A stretch of DNA of 64,000 bases, taken from positions 5,536,001 through 5,600,000 of the forward strand of contig OZ223209.1 in the NCBI GenBank assembly GCA_965140415.1. The letters are read 5' to 3'. The notes under the pieces were generated by a model. The model did no database searches. It was not told the DNA's origin and saw nothing but the letters and a program-made list of their open reading frames with translations. How positions within the stretch are numbered: position 1 is the first letter of the stretch; every line of letters starts with the position of its first letter. This DNA is from Myxococcota bacterium. Its GTDB lineage: Bacteria; Myxococcota_A; SURF-8. The position numbers and the translations under genes were made by a program. This document shows positions 20,807 to 30,330 of the stretch, one piece after another.

Positions 20807-21910
20807 CTATTGGAAATACTTGTTTATTTGTACAGCCAGATCCGTTTTGGCCTTTGAATCGATGGGGTTATAGCGAATGTCCTCATAAGAATCGCGCAGA
20901 TCGAGAGCATGGCCTAATTTTGGATAAATAAACAGGCGCAGGTTGTCCTTTTTCCAAACCATGGCATTGGCGATCTGTACAGCCATCGCCTGATAGGTCG
21001 GCGTCTGATTGTCCCACTCACCTTGGAACATCAGTACCGGTTTATCGAAATCCTTAAGGATATCCGTCACGCGCGAGCGCTTTGCCTCCTGCTGGCGCAT
21101 GGCGGGGCCGAGCATGTCTTTCACCACTAAGTTGCTGAAGTTTCCCGCCTTGAATTCCATCAGCGTCAGTTCTGCGTCGGCGTCCTGATCCAGAATGGGC
21201 ATTTGAGCTTTCAATGCAGCAGCGATAGGATTCTCGATGGAGAGTTCGGCATTACTAAGAATCTGGTTTCGATCTTTATCCAGTTGTTTGAAGTAGAACA
21301 AAGGCCGGTACACCGTTTGCTCGAAAACGGCCAACTCGGTAGGAGTAGCCAGAAAACCGATCAGCGCCAGCCCTGCAATTCGCTTATCCTGCTCCGCCAG
21401 CCAACAGGCAATCGAAGCGCCCTGACTGTGTCCCAATAGGTAGATTTTGGCCTTGGGATATCGTTTCGCAGCGAAATCGACGACATTGGCGCCATCTTCG
21501 ATGAACCGAAGTAGAGGATCGGCTGAAAACTTCTGATAGATCGGGCTTTTTACGAATGCCTCATTTTCCTTAAAGGCAAGCTGGGTCTGATAGCTGCGCT
21601 TATTGAAACGCAATACGGAAAAGCCTTTAGACAACAGCACATCTTGCAGTTCCTTGAAGAACAGGTTCGGCTGATTGTCGCGGGTGACGGCTGTCAGATC
21701 TTCATCCATGCTTTGCGGCCCGGAACCGTGCAGGAAAATCACCAGGCGGGAAGGAGTAGCCGCTTTTTTAGCACCCGGCGTGGCCAGCAGACCATCGAGG
21801 ACAAACCCATCGTCCATCGTCAGTTTCAAGGCGGTTTCAGTCGCCTGAACGGGCAGACAGAAAAGTGTAAATAACGCAAGCAGCAATCCAATACGAGTGT
21901 AGCTGGGCAT
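20807..21910 (-). CDS. Secreted alpha/beta hydrolase with EF-hand-like loops
   Basis: Signal peptide; HGSGP, GHSQG, QGEWDNQ, LGH triad motifs; DKDRNQILSNAE and DQDADAELTLME loops. Confidence 0.85.
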   Translation of the reverse strand: MPSYTRIGLLLALFTLFCLPVQATETALKLTMDDGFVLDGLLATPGAKKAATPSRLVIFLHGSGPQSMDEDLTAVTRDNQPNLFFKELQDVLLSKGFSVLRFNKRSYQTQLAFKENEAFVKSPIYQKFSADPLLRFIEDGANVVDFAAKRYPKAKIYLLGHSQGASIACWLAEQDKRIAGLALIGFLATPTELAVFEQTVYRPLFYFKQLDKDRNQILSNAELSIENPIAAALKAQMPILDQDADAELTLMEFKAGNFSNLVVKDMLGPAMRQQEAKRSRVTDILKDFDKPVLMFQGEWDNQTPTYQAMAVQIANAMVWKKDNLRLFIYPKLGHALDLRDSYEDIRYNPIDSKAKTDLAVQINKYFQ

Positions 21911-21933
21911 CACTCCCTCCATTTGCTCTATGG

Positions 21934-22117
21934 TAGACTAGGTATTAGTCATTTTTAGCCACCGATTCTAAGAATGTGTGCCATAGTCTTACGCGATCGA
22001 AGATCGTGGAAGGCTGTGTGTCTTCAATAGGTTACACACGGCCTCCCGGAATTTCCATTCCGTGAGACCATGGCACATCCCAATTACTCGATGGACAGAA
22101 ATGAGTAATATCTCCTC
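21934..22117 (-). repeat. ~190-bp structured intergenic repeat, copy 2 (inverted)
   Basis: Inverted match to 19727-19913. Confidence 0.9.
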
Positions 22118-22207
22118 TAATTTCGAACATGCAGCCCTTTTTTACGAGCCGGAGAAATTGTACAGACTCAACGCCCTCCGGTCCAGTCAGAAAAGGGATT
22201 TATCTCG

Positions 22208-23260
22208 TTATGGGGTTTCCTCAATCACCTGCATCAGCAACGCGGGATCGTCGGTCATAATGGCATCGACTCCCATTTCCAACCAACTGCGCATGGAGAC
22301 CTCATCGTTGACGGTCCAGATCTGCACCTGTAGCCCCAATCGATGGGCGCGCGCCAGCGAATCGGCGTCGATGTCGGAAAGCTGGAAAATGGGACAGGGA
22401 GGCACATAGTCGGCCTCCTTGGCATCGGTAAGCGTTCCGAAGATCATCATCTCGCTTAAACCCGCTCCGGTTACGATATCCGGGCGTTTTTCACGGACCT
22501 CACGGACGGTTTCATCGGAAAATGAAACCAGGATCACGCGCTCACTCATGCCGGTTTCATCCAGCACCGCCAGCACGGCATCGACGATCGAAGGATCGCT
22601 CTGCTTGAGTTCTGCGGAAAAGAGCATTTCCGGGAAAGCCTGCAACACTTCTTTGAAAGTCGCCACCTGTACGCCTTGTCCACGATAGGGAAAGGTCTGT
22701 CCTCCATCGGCAGTGAATTGATAGCCGGAATCCAAGGCACGCACCTCTTCGAAGGTCATATCCCGAATATTCCCGGTTCCATCTGTCGTGCGGTCGACGT
22801 TACCATCGTGATGCAGCACGATGACGCCATCTTTTGTCGCATGAAGGTCCATTTCCAACATGTCGATCCCCAGCGCCACGGCATTTTCGTAGGCAGGCAT
22901 GGTTTCTTCCGGTGCCAGTTTGCCGCCGCCCCGATGGGCAATGGCCATAAATTCTCCGCTCATCAGCGGATGATCGCTGGGGAATCCGAAGGGAGAGCCA
23001 CTCTCCCCTTCCTGCTCCATCTGTTCGCTATCGCTGTCGCCATCGATGCTGCCGCAGCCGCTGCAATCGCCCCAGCTAAGACCATCTTGTGCGCAGGTGC
23101 TCAGGCCATCTCCATCGGAAGCGCAGTTGCAGGTGCGCGTCTCACCGGGAGAGCAAAGCAGCGTAGAATCGTCGTCGCCACCGCAGGCAATTACGACAAA
23201 CGAAAGTAAAACGGAAAGTGCAAGGAAAGTAACAGGTTGAATTCTTTTACGATTTCGCAT
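22208..23260 (-). CDS. Glycerophosphodiester phosphodiesterase, lipoprotein with small Cys-rich module
   Basis: VIAC lipobox, CSPGETRTCNC module, AHRGG, LEMDLHATKDG, WTVND. Confidence 0.88.
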   Translation of the reverse strand: MRNRKRIQPVTFLALSVLLSFVVIACGGDDDSTLLCSPGETRTCNCASDGDGLSTCAQDGLSWGDCSGCGSIDGDSDSEQMEQEGESGSPFGFPSDHPLMSGEFMAIAHRGGGKLAPEETMPAYENAVALGIDMLEMDLHATKDGVIVLHHDGNVDRTTDGTGNIRDMTFEEVRALDSGYQFTADGGQTFPYRGQGVQVATFKEVLQAFPEMLFSAELKQSDPSIVDAVLAVLDETGMSERVILVSFSDETVREVREKRPDIVTGAGLSEMMIFGTLTDAKEADYVPPCPIFQLSDIDADSLARAHRLGLQVQIWTVNDEVSMRSWLEMGVDAIMTDDPALLMQVIEETP

Positions 23261-23349
23261 ACATGAAACTCCTGGATAAAGAAACTTCCGCGAGTATACG
23301 AAACCATGGCAAGCAGAGCAAAGGAAAAAGGGGGAAATGAGAAGCCCCC

Positions 23350-24036
23350 CTACTTTCCCGACAGCAGCGGCCAGGGGGTTGCCTTGGCGATCAGATCCAC
23401 GCAGCGATCGATGCCGAGCCGGTGTGAGTTAAGCACCAGATCGTAATGCACCGGGTCTTTGATCTCGCTGTAAAAGTAGTGCCGCACGAAGTCCCCTCGT
23501 TTGGTGTCGGTCTCCTCGATGTAGGCACGGGCGGCATCTTCGGAAAGATTCATCTCTTTTATGACGTTTTCAATCCGAAAATGCAACGGCGAGACGACCC
23601 GAACGCGGAATGTGCGGTCGGATGGCAAAATGAAATTCGCCCCGCGACCGACGATCACGGCACGCCCGACCTTCCCTGCCGCGCTGATCATCTGCACCAG
23701 CAGTTTCAGATATTCATCGGAAGAGATGCTGTACTTGCTGTCGATGATGGAAAGGAGGTCTTCCAAGAAGCTGCGGGGTTGCTCATCCAAAGTACGCAGC
23801 ACGATCGAGCGCAGATCCTGGCTCTTGGCCACTTTGTCCATGATGTTTCCGGCATACAATTCCAATTGGTATCGCTTGGCAAGTAAGGCGGCGATTTGCT
23901 GGCCGTGACTACCGGTTTCGCGTGACAGGGTAATGATCGGTCGCTGGATGGCATCGGTGTGTCGCTGTGCGGCGCTCTCCCAGCGTCGACACTGCTTTTC
24001 TACCAATTCGTTGATGGAACGGTCTTGAATCTTCAT
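23350..24036 (-). CDS. Cytidylate kinase-like family protein
   Basis: IITLSRETGSHG, VIVGRGANF, YDLVLN; AGGAGA before ATG 24036. Confidence 0.85.
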   Translation of the reverse strand: MKIQDRSINELVEKQCRRWESAAQRHTDAIQRPIITLSRETGSHGQQIAALLAKRYQLELYAGNIMDKVAKSQDLRSIVLRTLDEQPRSFLEDLLSIIDSKYSISSDEYLKLLVQMISAAGKVGRAVIVGRGANFILPSDRTFRVRVVSPLHFRIENVIKEMNLSEDAARAYIEETDTKRGDFVRHYFYSEIKDPVHYDLVLNSHRLGIDRCVDLIAKATPWPLLSGK

Positions 24037-24318
24037 GATTCTCTCCTTTCCGACAAGATCCGGGTAGGACTCTTGCGCAAGAAAAGACCGCTTCCTTCCG
24101 GCACCCTCGAATATCAACAGACAGCATCAGCTTGGAAAGAAGCTGTCTTATCCGGGTTTCTATTTTGATGGTAACAAACCCGACTTTGAAATACCAGTGC
24201 AAATATCAGGAATGAAAAAAGGATGGGAAGAAAATTGAAATCAGGGTAATTCTCTGTACTTCTCTGGATCGATTCCACATTTGTCAGTAGTGGCGAAGCC
24301 TAAATCCGCCAATCTTCG

Positions 24319-25653
24319 CTATTTGTCGTCCACTCGTTCCGATGCCAACTGGCTGACACGATCCTGTAAGCGGGCCAGCGGCAATAGTTGCGGACTTTGT
24401 ACCTTGCGCAACAACATCAAATCGGCGCTGTTCAACTGCTGGTACAAGATCTGAAAATCTCTGTGAACCTGCACAACGGACAAGGCGGTCTGGCTAACGA
24501 CGCGAGCCAGCACGTCACGGATATTGCGTCGTCCATTGATGCTTTCCAATAAGGTGGCCGTGGCGGGTCCGTTGTGGATGTTCAGACGAAGTCCATTCGC
24601 CAGTTCGATGCTCTGGGCAACACCGGGTTGCGCTTTCAGTGCGCGTTGCAATGGCAATGCATCGAAATCCAACAGAAAAGGAACGTGATCGGGATCATTG
24701 GGCTGACAAGTGGTCTGCGGGTTGGCTGAGGCGAAAAAGCTGTGCAGCATAATGGAACCGCATAGGCGCTCACCGATTTCCCACTGTTGAATTCTTGGCA
24801 TCGAGCGCACGTGTTCCAGCAGATTGCGGTCCTGTAGATACAGTTCCGGCTGATAGCGCAGGCGGTCCGGTGCGTGAGCCAGTGCGGCCAGCGTCACGTT
24901 CTGTTCCGCCAGAAACTCCGCCACTTCACGGATCGTGTAGGCCCGGTCGCAACTGTGCAGAAACAGATCGTACAAGCCGATATCGCCGAAAGTCTCCCAG
25001 TCGGGTGTCAACTCCTGCGAACGCTTGAACCAGTTGCTCGGGGGTAACTGTTCCAACACCTGCCGGGCCTGGTCAATACGGGTTTGAATCGACAATTCCG
25101 GGTCAAGCAGCATCTGAAACAGATCCTGCATCTGATACACGGCGGTGCGACCGATTTTGGCATAGAGCATCAACCCGAGCAGCCCATTGGGTTTGAGCAC
25201 CGACAACAACGCCCGCAGCCCCTCGGAAGGATCTTCCAGATGATGCAGCACGCCGCTGCAACCGATGTAATCGAAGGATTCCAGTTCCAGTTGAGGCAGA
25301 TCCAATAGCGAAGCATGACGCCATTCGATGTTGGTCAATTGTCGCACTTGTGCTCGGGCTTTGGCGATGCGCATGCTGGCTTCGCTCAAATCCAGCGCCA
25401 CCACCGTGGCGTTGAAGGGTCGCAACTGTTCGGCCAGGAATATCGACGAATCGCCGGTGCCGTCCCCGGCAATGAGCGCCCGGAATCCGTCGTAGGTCAA
25501 CCTGCCGTTGAAACCGTAGTGGTTGATCAGCGGTAAGTAGTCGAATTTAGTGGACTTCAACCGCGTGCGTTCGTCCTGCGGATCACGGGGCGGGTAGGGA
25601 TAATCTTCGTATTGCTGGCGCACATCCTGCTGATATCGAGTGGGTTTCACCAT
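24319..25653 (-). CDS. Class I SAM-dependent methyltransferase
   Basis: QYEDYPYP, LIAGDGTG, LDLSEAS, FDYIGCSGVLHH, LKPNG. Confidence 0.85.
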   Translation of the reverse strand: MVKPTRYQQDVRQQYEDYPYPPRDPQDERTRLKSTKFDYLPLINHYGFNGRLTYDGFRALIAGDGTGDSSIFLAEQLRPFNATVVALDLSEASMRIAKARAQVRQLTNIEWRHASLLDLPQLELESFDYIGCSGVLHHLEDPSEGLRALLSVLKPNGLLGLMLYAKIGRTAVYQMQDLFQMLLDPELSIQTRIDQARQVLEQLPPSNWFKRSQELTPDWETFGDIGLYDLFLHSCDRAYTIREVAEFLAEQNVTLAALAHAPDRLRYQPELYLQDRNLLEHVRSMPRIQQWEIGERLCGSIMLHSFFASANPQTTCQPNDPDHVPFLLDFDALPLQRALKAQPGVAQSIELANGLRLNIHNGPATATLLESINGRRNIRDVLARVVSQTALSVVQVHRDFQILYQQLNSADLMLLRKVQSPQLLPLARLQDRVSQLASERVDDK

Positions 25654-25748
25654 CTTCCCTTCACTTTCACTATTATTGCCGCTGATTGTACAGGAGACTT
25701 CCCAGGAAAAACAAGGGGGTTCTTGTAAGCTTTTTTCTCTGTTCTTCA

Positions 25749-25926
25749 GGTGTATCGAAAAAGACTACGAATTCTTCTGCTTTCGGGGTGGCGCGGGCCA
25801 AGCCAAAGGCTTGCCCGTGTTCGAAAGCCGCATGGGCAAGCTCCGTTTCTCTTCGCTTGGCCCATACCACCCGTCCGCGGAGGATGACAGTGTAATAACC
25901 TTTTCCGCTGTAACTTGAGATGCACC
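25749..25926 (+). ncRNA. Putative rod-shaped ncRNA (6S-like size and shape)
   Basis: Four nested helices: ggtgtatc/gatgcacc, tcttctgc/gcggagga, gggtggcgcgggccaagc/gcttggcccataccaccc, gcttgcccgtg/catgggcaagc; G-U pairs mildly favour the + strand. Confidence 0.5.
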
Positions 25927-26044
25927 CCTTATCCTTGTTGGAGTTGCATTTTAAGAGCGTCTCGGGTATGGTCCCGGCAAGTGTGGAAACGGGTACAAAT
26001 CTTGTTTCCAGGATCGATGATGATTGATGGAAGTGGTGAATGGT

Positions 26045-26833
26045 ATGAAAGAGACTTTGACGACGACCGCCCGGCAGGCCGGGCAGTTTTTACTGCGACA
26101 TTTTGGGAAACTGAAAACCGAACAGGTGGAGTTCAAAACCGGGGCGAAGGATCTGGTAACCTTTGTGGACCGCGAAGCGGAGGCCATGATTTTTGAAAGC
26201 CTGCGCAGCAATTTCTCGGATCACGACCTGCTCGGCGAAGAATCCGGCAGCGAACGGTCCGCTTCCGGCAGCGGAGCTTCGTTTATCGTCGATCCGTTGG
26301 ACGGCACCGTCAATTACGCGCACGGACTGCCGCATTTCGGTATTTCCATCGCGCGCTGCCAAGAAAATGAAATCACGCATGGGTTGATCTATGTTCCCTT
26401 TCTCGACGAAATGTATTACGCTGAAAAAGGGTGCGGAGCGACATTGAACGGTGAACGCATCCAGGTATCGGAAACGACTTCGCTCACCGATGCCATTGTC
26501 GCCACCGGTTTTGCCTGCGTACGCGGAAAACGTCAACCCGACGGCGTGCCGGTATTTTCGCAGTTGATCTATAAAACCCGTGATCTGCGCCGACTGGGCG
26601 CGGCGACGGTCGATCTGGCGTATACGGCGCGCGGTCTGTTTTCCGGCTTTTACGAAATGAGCCTGTCTCCCTGGGATGTGGCGGCGGGAGCGTTGATCGT
26701 AAAGGAAGCGGGTGGCAACGTAACCGCATTCGAGAGCAACGGCGATCCGATCTTTGGAGATACGATTCTGGCCACCAACGGTCACATTCATGATGAATTG
26801 CTGGCAGGGATCAAACAGGCACTGGAGGGCTGA
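26045..26833 (+). CDS. suhB: Inositol monophosphatase family protein
   Basis: DLVT, GEE, DPLDGTVNY, WDVAAG; start could be up to 21 nt earlier. Confidence 0.9.
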   Translation: MKETLTTTARQAGQFLLRHFGKLKTEQVEFKTGAKDLVTFVDREAEAMIFESLRSNFSDHDLLGEESGSERSASGSGASFIVDPLDGTVNYAHGLPHFGISIARCQENEITHGLIYVPFLDEMYYAEKGCGATLNGERIQVSETTSLTDAIVATGFACVRGKRQPDGVPVFSQLIYKTRDLRRLGAATVDLAYTARGLFSGFYEMSLSPWDVAAGALIVKEAGGNVTAFESNGDPIFGDTILATNGHIHDELLAGIKQALEG

Positions 26834-27318
26834 TGAAATTGCCCCTGTTGCACATCCAGGTCGAACAGGTCATTCGCCTGCGCCACGAAAAAGTGGCGGC
26901 GGCGGTGGGGAATTCGTTTGCGCTTTCACCGCCTTTCGGAGGTCCGGTATGGATCTTGGACCGCAGCCGCAACGCGCTGCGGTTTCAAACTTCCGACGTG
27001 CTGCCGGGTCCGCTGTTTCGCCAGGCGGGCGAATTGGAACTGATCGAACAAGGCGTTAAAACAAGGGTGCGCTTTTCGATGGATTTGACCGGACTGTTGG
27101 TGCTGTGCTACTCGCTGCATTTGATTCCGGCCTTTTTATTGTGGATGGTTCAGGGGATCTGGGCGCGTTTGATCGATCCGGGGATCATCGGACTGGTGCA
27201 GTATTGGATGTTGCTGCTGTTGCTCTTCTGGCCGGCTGCGCTTTACCTGATTTTGCGACTGCGCATGAAACAACGTATCAAGACCTTCGTACACAATCTC
27301 GTGTTCTATTCCGGTTAG
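26833..27318 (+). CDS. Hypothetical membrane protein
   Basis: TGATG coupling to suhB; two C-terminal TM helices. Confidence 0.65.
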   Translation: MKLPLLHIQVEQVIRLRHEKVAAAVGNSFALSPPFGGPVWILDRSRNALRFQTSDVLPGPLFRQAGELELIEQGVKTRVRFSMDLTGLLVLCYSLHLIPAFLLWMVQGIWARLIDPGIIGLVQYWMLLLLLFWPAALYLILRLRMKQRIKTFVHNLVFYSG

Positions 27319-27337
27319 ATCCCGTTCTGGAGTTGTT

Positions 27338-28855
27338 ATGAGCGATCATCGTCCCCACATTCCCCGGCTGCTTTCGGAAGTGGAAGAACTCTTTCCGGTG
27401 CCTACCGCCGGAGTCGTGCGACTCCCAGAGTTGGTCGGCGTTCCCTTTACCGACCGGGTAAAGGCGATCGTGGATCATCCCCACTTCCAGCGTTTGCGCA
27501 CGGTCAGGCAACTGTCGCTGGCTTACCTCGTCTTCCCCGGCGCGGTGCATACCCGCTTCGAGCATAGCCTGGGAGTCTTTGAAACGACGCTGCGCTACCT
27601 GCGCGCGCTGCTGTCCAGCCATTCCCAATCCTCGGTGTTGGACGAAATCACGCGCGGAGACGTGGAATCGCTGTTATTGGCCGCCTTGCTGCACGATATC
27701 GGCCATTATCCCTTCAATCATCTGCTGGAAGATCTGTACGGGGATATCGCCGATCATATCGATCTGGTGCGTCCGTTTTTAACGGGTGAAATCGGTCAAA
27801 ACTATCCGAGCCTGCAACTTCCGCCCGGAACGCCTTCACTGGGCGAACTGATTCACCAGCATTGGCCACATGCCAGTTTCGACGACATCTGCTATTTCGT
27901 CTCCGGCTCCACGGGACGCGAAGGCAGCGAAGTTCCCGCCTCGAATGTCAAACGCCTGCTGCGTTCGATACTCGATGGTCCGGTGGATGCGGACAAAATG
28001 GACTACCTCTACCGGGACTCCATCCACTGCGGCGTTCCGTATGGACGTTTCATCGACCGTGACCGCTTTTTCCAGTCGTTGATCGTCATGCCGGAGCGGC
28101 CCGACACGCTGGCGCTCAAGGAAAAAGGGCGTATCTGCGTGGAATTGTTCGCTTATGCACGCTCGGCCATGTATTCGGAAGTTTACTGGCATCATGCGTC
28201 GCGTTCCACCACCGCCATGCTCAACCGCGCCTTCCGCGAGGTCGTCGCCGACGATCCCCGCTTTGGTCGCGAACAGATGATGGATCTGGTTTTCGGGCGC
28301 AGCGATGAAGAACTGGTTTCCTGGCTCGCTTCGCATGGCGGAGAAATCTGTAGCGAACTGATGAGCCTGATCCACCGGCGGCGTCCCTACAAGCGCCTGC
28401 TGGTCATCGAGCATCCGGCCTATCCGTCACTGTTCGATCTGCTGGATCGTGCAAAATGGGATAAACGCTACGATTTCGACCGTTTACAACAGTTGTTCGT
28501 GGAGCGCATCAACGCCAAAGGCTTGTTTGCGGACTTCTTGGGTCGCGAACTGCGCTCGCATGACATTCTGGTCGATGTGCCCCGGCGGCGTGGAGGCTTG
28601 CCGGATGTGCCGATTCTGGGAGAGCATTCCGAACGCGCCCTGGATAGCGAGGCGACCGTCCAGCAGGGCGTATGGGCCGGTATCAAACACGATTTCGAAC
28701 GCTGGGTGCGAAAGATCCGCGTGTTCTGCCATCCCGATATTCAGGCCGCCTTGCTTAAGCATACTGGCTCGAAAAAACTGGAGGAATCCAAGGGGGAATT
28801 GCTGGCCAATCTGCTGACGTCCTCCGCCTGGGAAGAGATCCAACTGCGGGATTGA
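27338..28855 (+). CDS. HD-domain phosphohydrolase (SAMHD1/YwfO-like dNTP triphosphohydrolase family)
   Basis: FQRLRTVRQL, HTRFEHSLG, LLHDIGHYPF, DADKMDY, MYSEVYWH. Confidence 0.88.
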   Translation: MSDHRPHIPRLLSEVEELFPVPTAGVVRLPELVGVPFTDRVKAIVDHPHFQRLRTVRQLSLAYLVFPGAVHTRFEHSLGVFETTLRYLRALLSSHSQSSVLDEITRGDVESLLLAALLHDIGHYPFNHLLEDLYGDIADHIDLVRPFLTGEIGQNYPSLQLPPGTPSLGELIHQHWPHASFDDICYFVSGSTGREGSEVPASNVKRLLRSILDGPVDADKMDYLYRDSIHCGVPYGRFIDRDRFFQSLIVMPERPDTLALKEKGRICVELFAYARSAMYSEVYWHHASRSTTAMLNRAFREVVADDPRFGREQMMDLVFGRSDEELVSWLASHGGEICSELMSLIHRRRPYKRLLVIEHPAYPSLFDLLDRAKWDKRYDFDRLQQLFVERINAKGLFADFLGRELRSHDILVDVPRRRGGLPDVPILGEHSERALDSEATVQQGVWAGIKHDFERWVRKIRVFCHPDIQAALLKHTGSKKLEESKGELLANLLTSSAWEEIQLRD

Positions 28856-29046
28856 TTTCCCCGAAAAACCTCTCCTCCTCGACATTTGAATATTCTCGAA
28901 AAATATTCACCCAATTTATTCATTTTTCCTTGCCTTTCATGTCCTGAATCGCCATAGTCTCGGATGGTTTGTGCCGCTGGATCACCTTAGTTCTTTGCCA
29001 GCCATTATCCTACACGCTCATCAACATGCTTTCTGGAGGTAGTCCC

Positions 29047-30252
29047 ATGCGTTCCAAGGAAATGATCGAACTGGAAAATCAGTATGTCGCTCCCAACTAC
29101 AAACCCCTCGATGTCGTTATCGAGAGTGGCCAAGGCGTTTGGGTCGTCGATGCCGAGGGCAATAAATACATGGATTTCCTGGCTGCCTATTCGGCGCTGA
29201 ACCAGGGTTACGTGCATCCGCGCATCAAAGAGGCCATGATCGAGCAGTTGCAGAAATGCACCCTGACCTCACGCGCCTTCCGTAACGATCAGCTTCCCTA
29301 CTACGCAAAAGAATTGTGCGAGTATACCGGCATGGAAATGATGCTGCCGATGAATTCCGGCGCAGAGGCGGTGGAAACGGCGTTAAAGAGCGCCCGCTTG
29401 TGGGGTGAAAAGGTCAAGGGCATCGCGCCGGGAAAATGCGAGATCATCGCCTGTAAAAACAATTTCCATGGTCGCACCATCGCGATCGTATCGTTTTCTT
29501 CCGACGAAGAATACCGCGAGGGTTTCGGCCCCTTCACACCGGGATTCAAAGTCATTCCTTACGGCGACATCCAGGCACTCAAAGACGCCATCACTCCCAA
29601 TACGGCGGCCTTTTTGTTCGAACCGATTCAGGGCGAAGCCGGTATCCTGATTCCTCCGACCGGTTTCTTGAAGCAGGTACGCGAAGTCTGCGACGAAAAC
29701 AACATGTTGATGATCGCCGACGAAATCCAGAGCGGCCTAGGGCGCACCGGGCGCGTGTTCGCCTGCGATTGGGAAGAAGTCAAACCGGATATGATCACCA
29801 TCGGCAAGGCGCTTTCCGCCGGATTCTATCCGATCTCGGCAGTCGTCGGTTCGCGTGCAGTGCTCAGCCTGTATCAACCGGGACAGCATGGCAGCACCTT
29901 CGGAGGAAATCCGCTGGCCTGCGCCATCGCCCGTGCAGCCCTGGACGTGCTGAAAGAGGAAAAACTGGTCGAGCGTTCCGCCGAGCTGGGAGAATACCTG
30001 GCCGGACGTCTGAACGAGTTGAACAGCAAACATGTTAAAGAGATTCGCGGTCGCGGCCTGTGGTTCGGCATCGAACTGCACCCGGAAGCGGGCGGCGCGC
30101 GCAAGTTCTGCGAGCAGTTGATGTCCATGGGGTTATTGTGCAAGGAAACGCACACCCACACCATCCGGTTGGCTCCGCCGTTGACGATCACCAAAGAGGA
30201 GATCGACTGGGCTTTGGAACGTATTTTCAAGGTCTTGGAACACCAGGGATAA
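29047..30252 (+). CDS. rocD: Ornithine--oxo-acid transaminase
   Basis: YSALNQG, PMNSGAEAVE, FHGRT, EPIQGEAG, DEIQSGLGRTG, HGSTFGGNPL; GGAGG RBS. Confidence 0.93.
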   Translation: MRSKEMIELENQYVAPNYKPLDVVIESGQGVWVVDAEGNKYMDFLAAYSALNQGYVHPRIKEAMIEQLQKCTLTSRAFRNDQLPYYAKELCEYTGMEMMLPMNSGAEAVETALKSARLWGEKVKGIAPGKCEIIACKNNFHGRTIAIVSFSSDEEYREGFGPFTPGFKVIPYGDIQALKDAITPNTAAFLFEPIQGEAGILIPPTGFLKQVREVCDENNMLMIADEIQSGLGRTGRVFACDWEEVKPDMITIGKALSAGFYPISAVVGSRAVLSLYQPGQHGSTFGGNPLACAIARAALDVLKEEKLVERSAELGEYLAGRLNELNSKHVKEIRGRGLWFGIELHPEAGGARKFCEQLMSMGLLCKETHTHTIRLAPPLTITKEEIDWALERIFKVLEHQG

Positions 30253-30271
30253 CCTGATAGAAATACAAACT

Positions 30272-30305
30272 AAAAAAGGACCGGAAGCCAATACCTCCGG
30301 TCCTT
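30272..30305 (-). terminator. Terminator between convergent genes
   Basis: aaggaccgga / tccggtcctt stem with A tract on the left (T tract on - strand). Confidence 0.75.
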
Positions 30306-30330
30306 CGTATTTTATGTGCCCGATGTGTTG

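Noticed and set aside
25673-26211. Short ORFs between the methyltransferase and suhB
   Set aside because: No RBS or recognisable motifs; the region is better explained by RNA structure and promoters.
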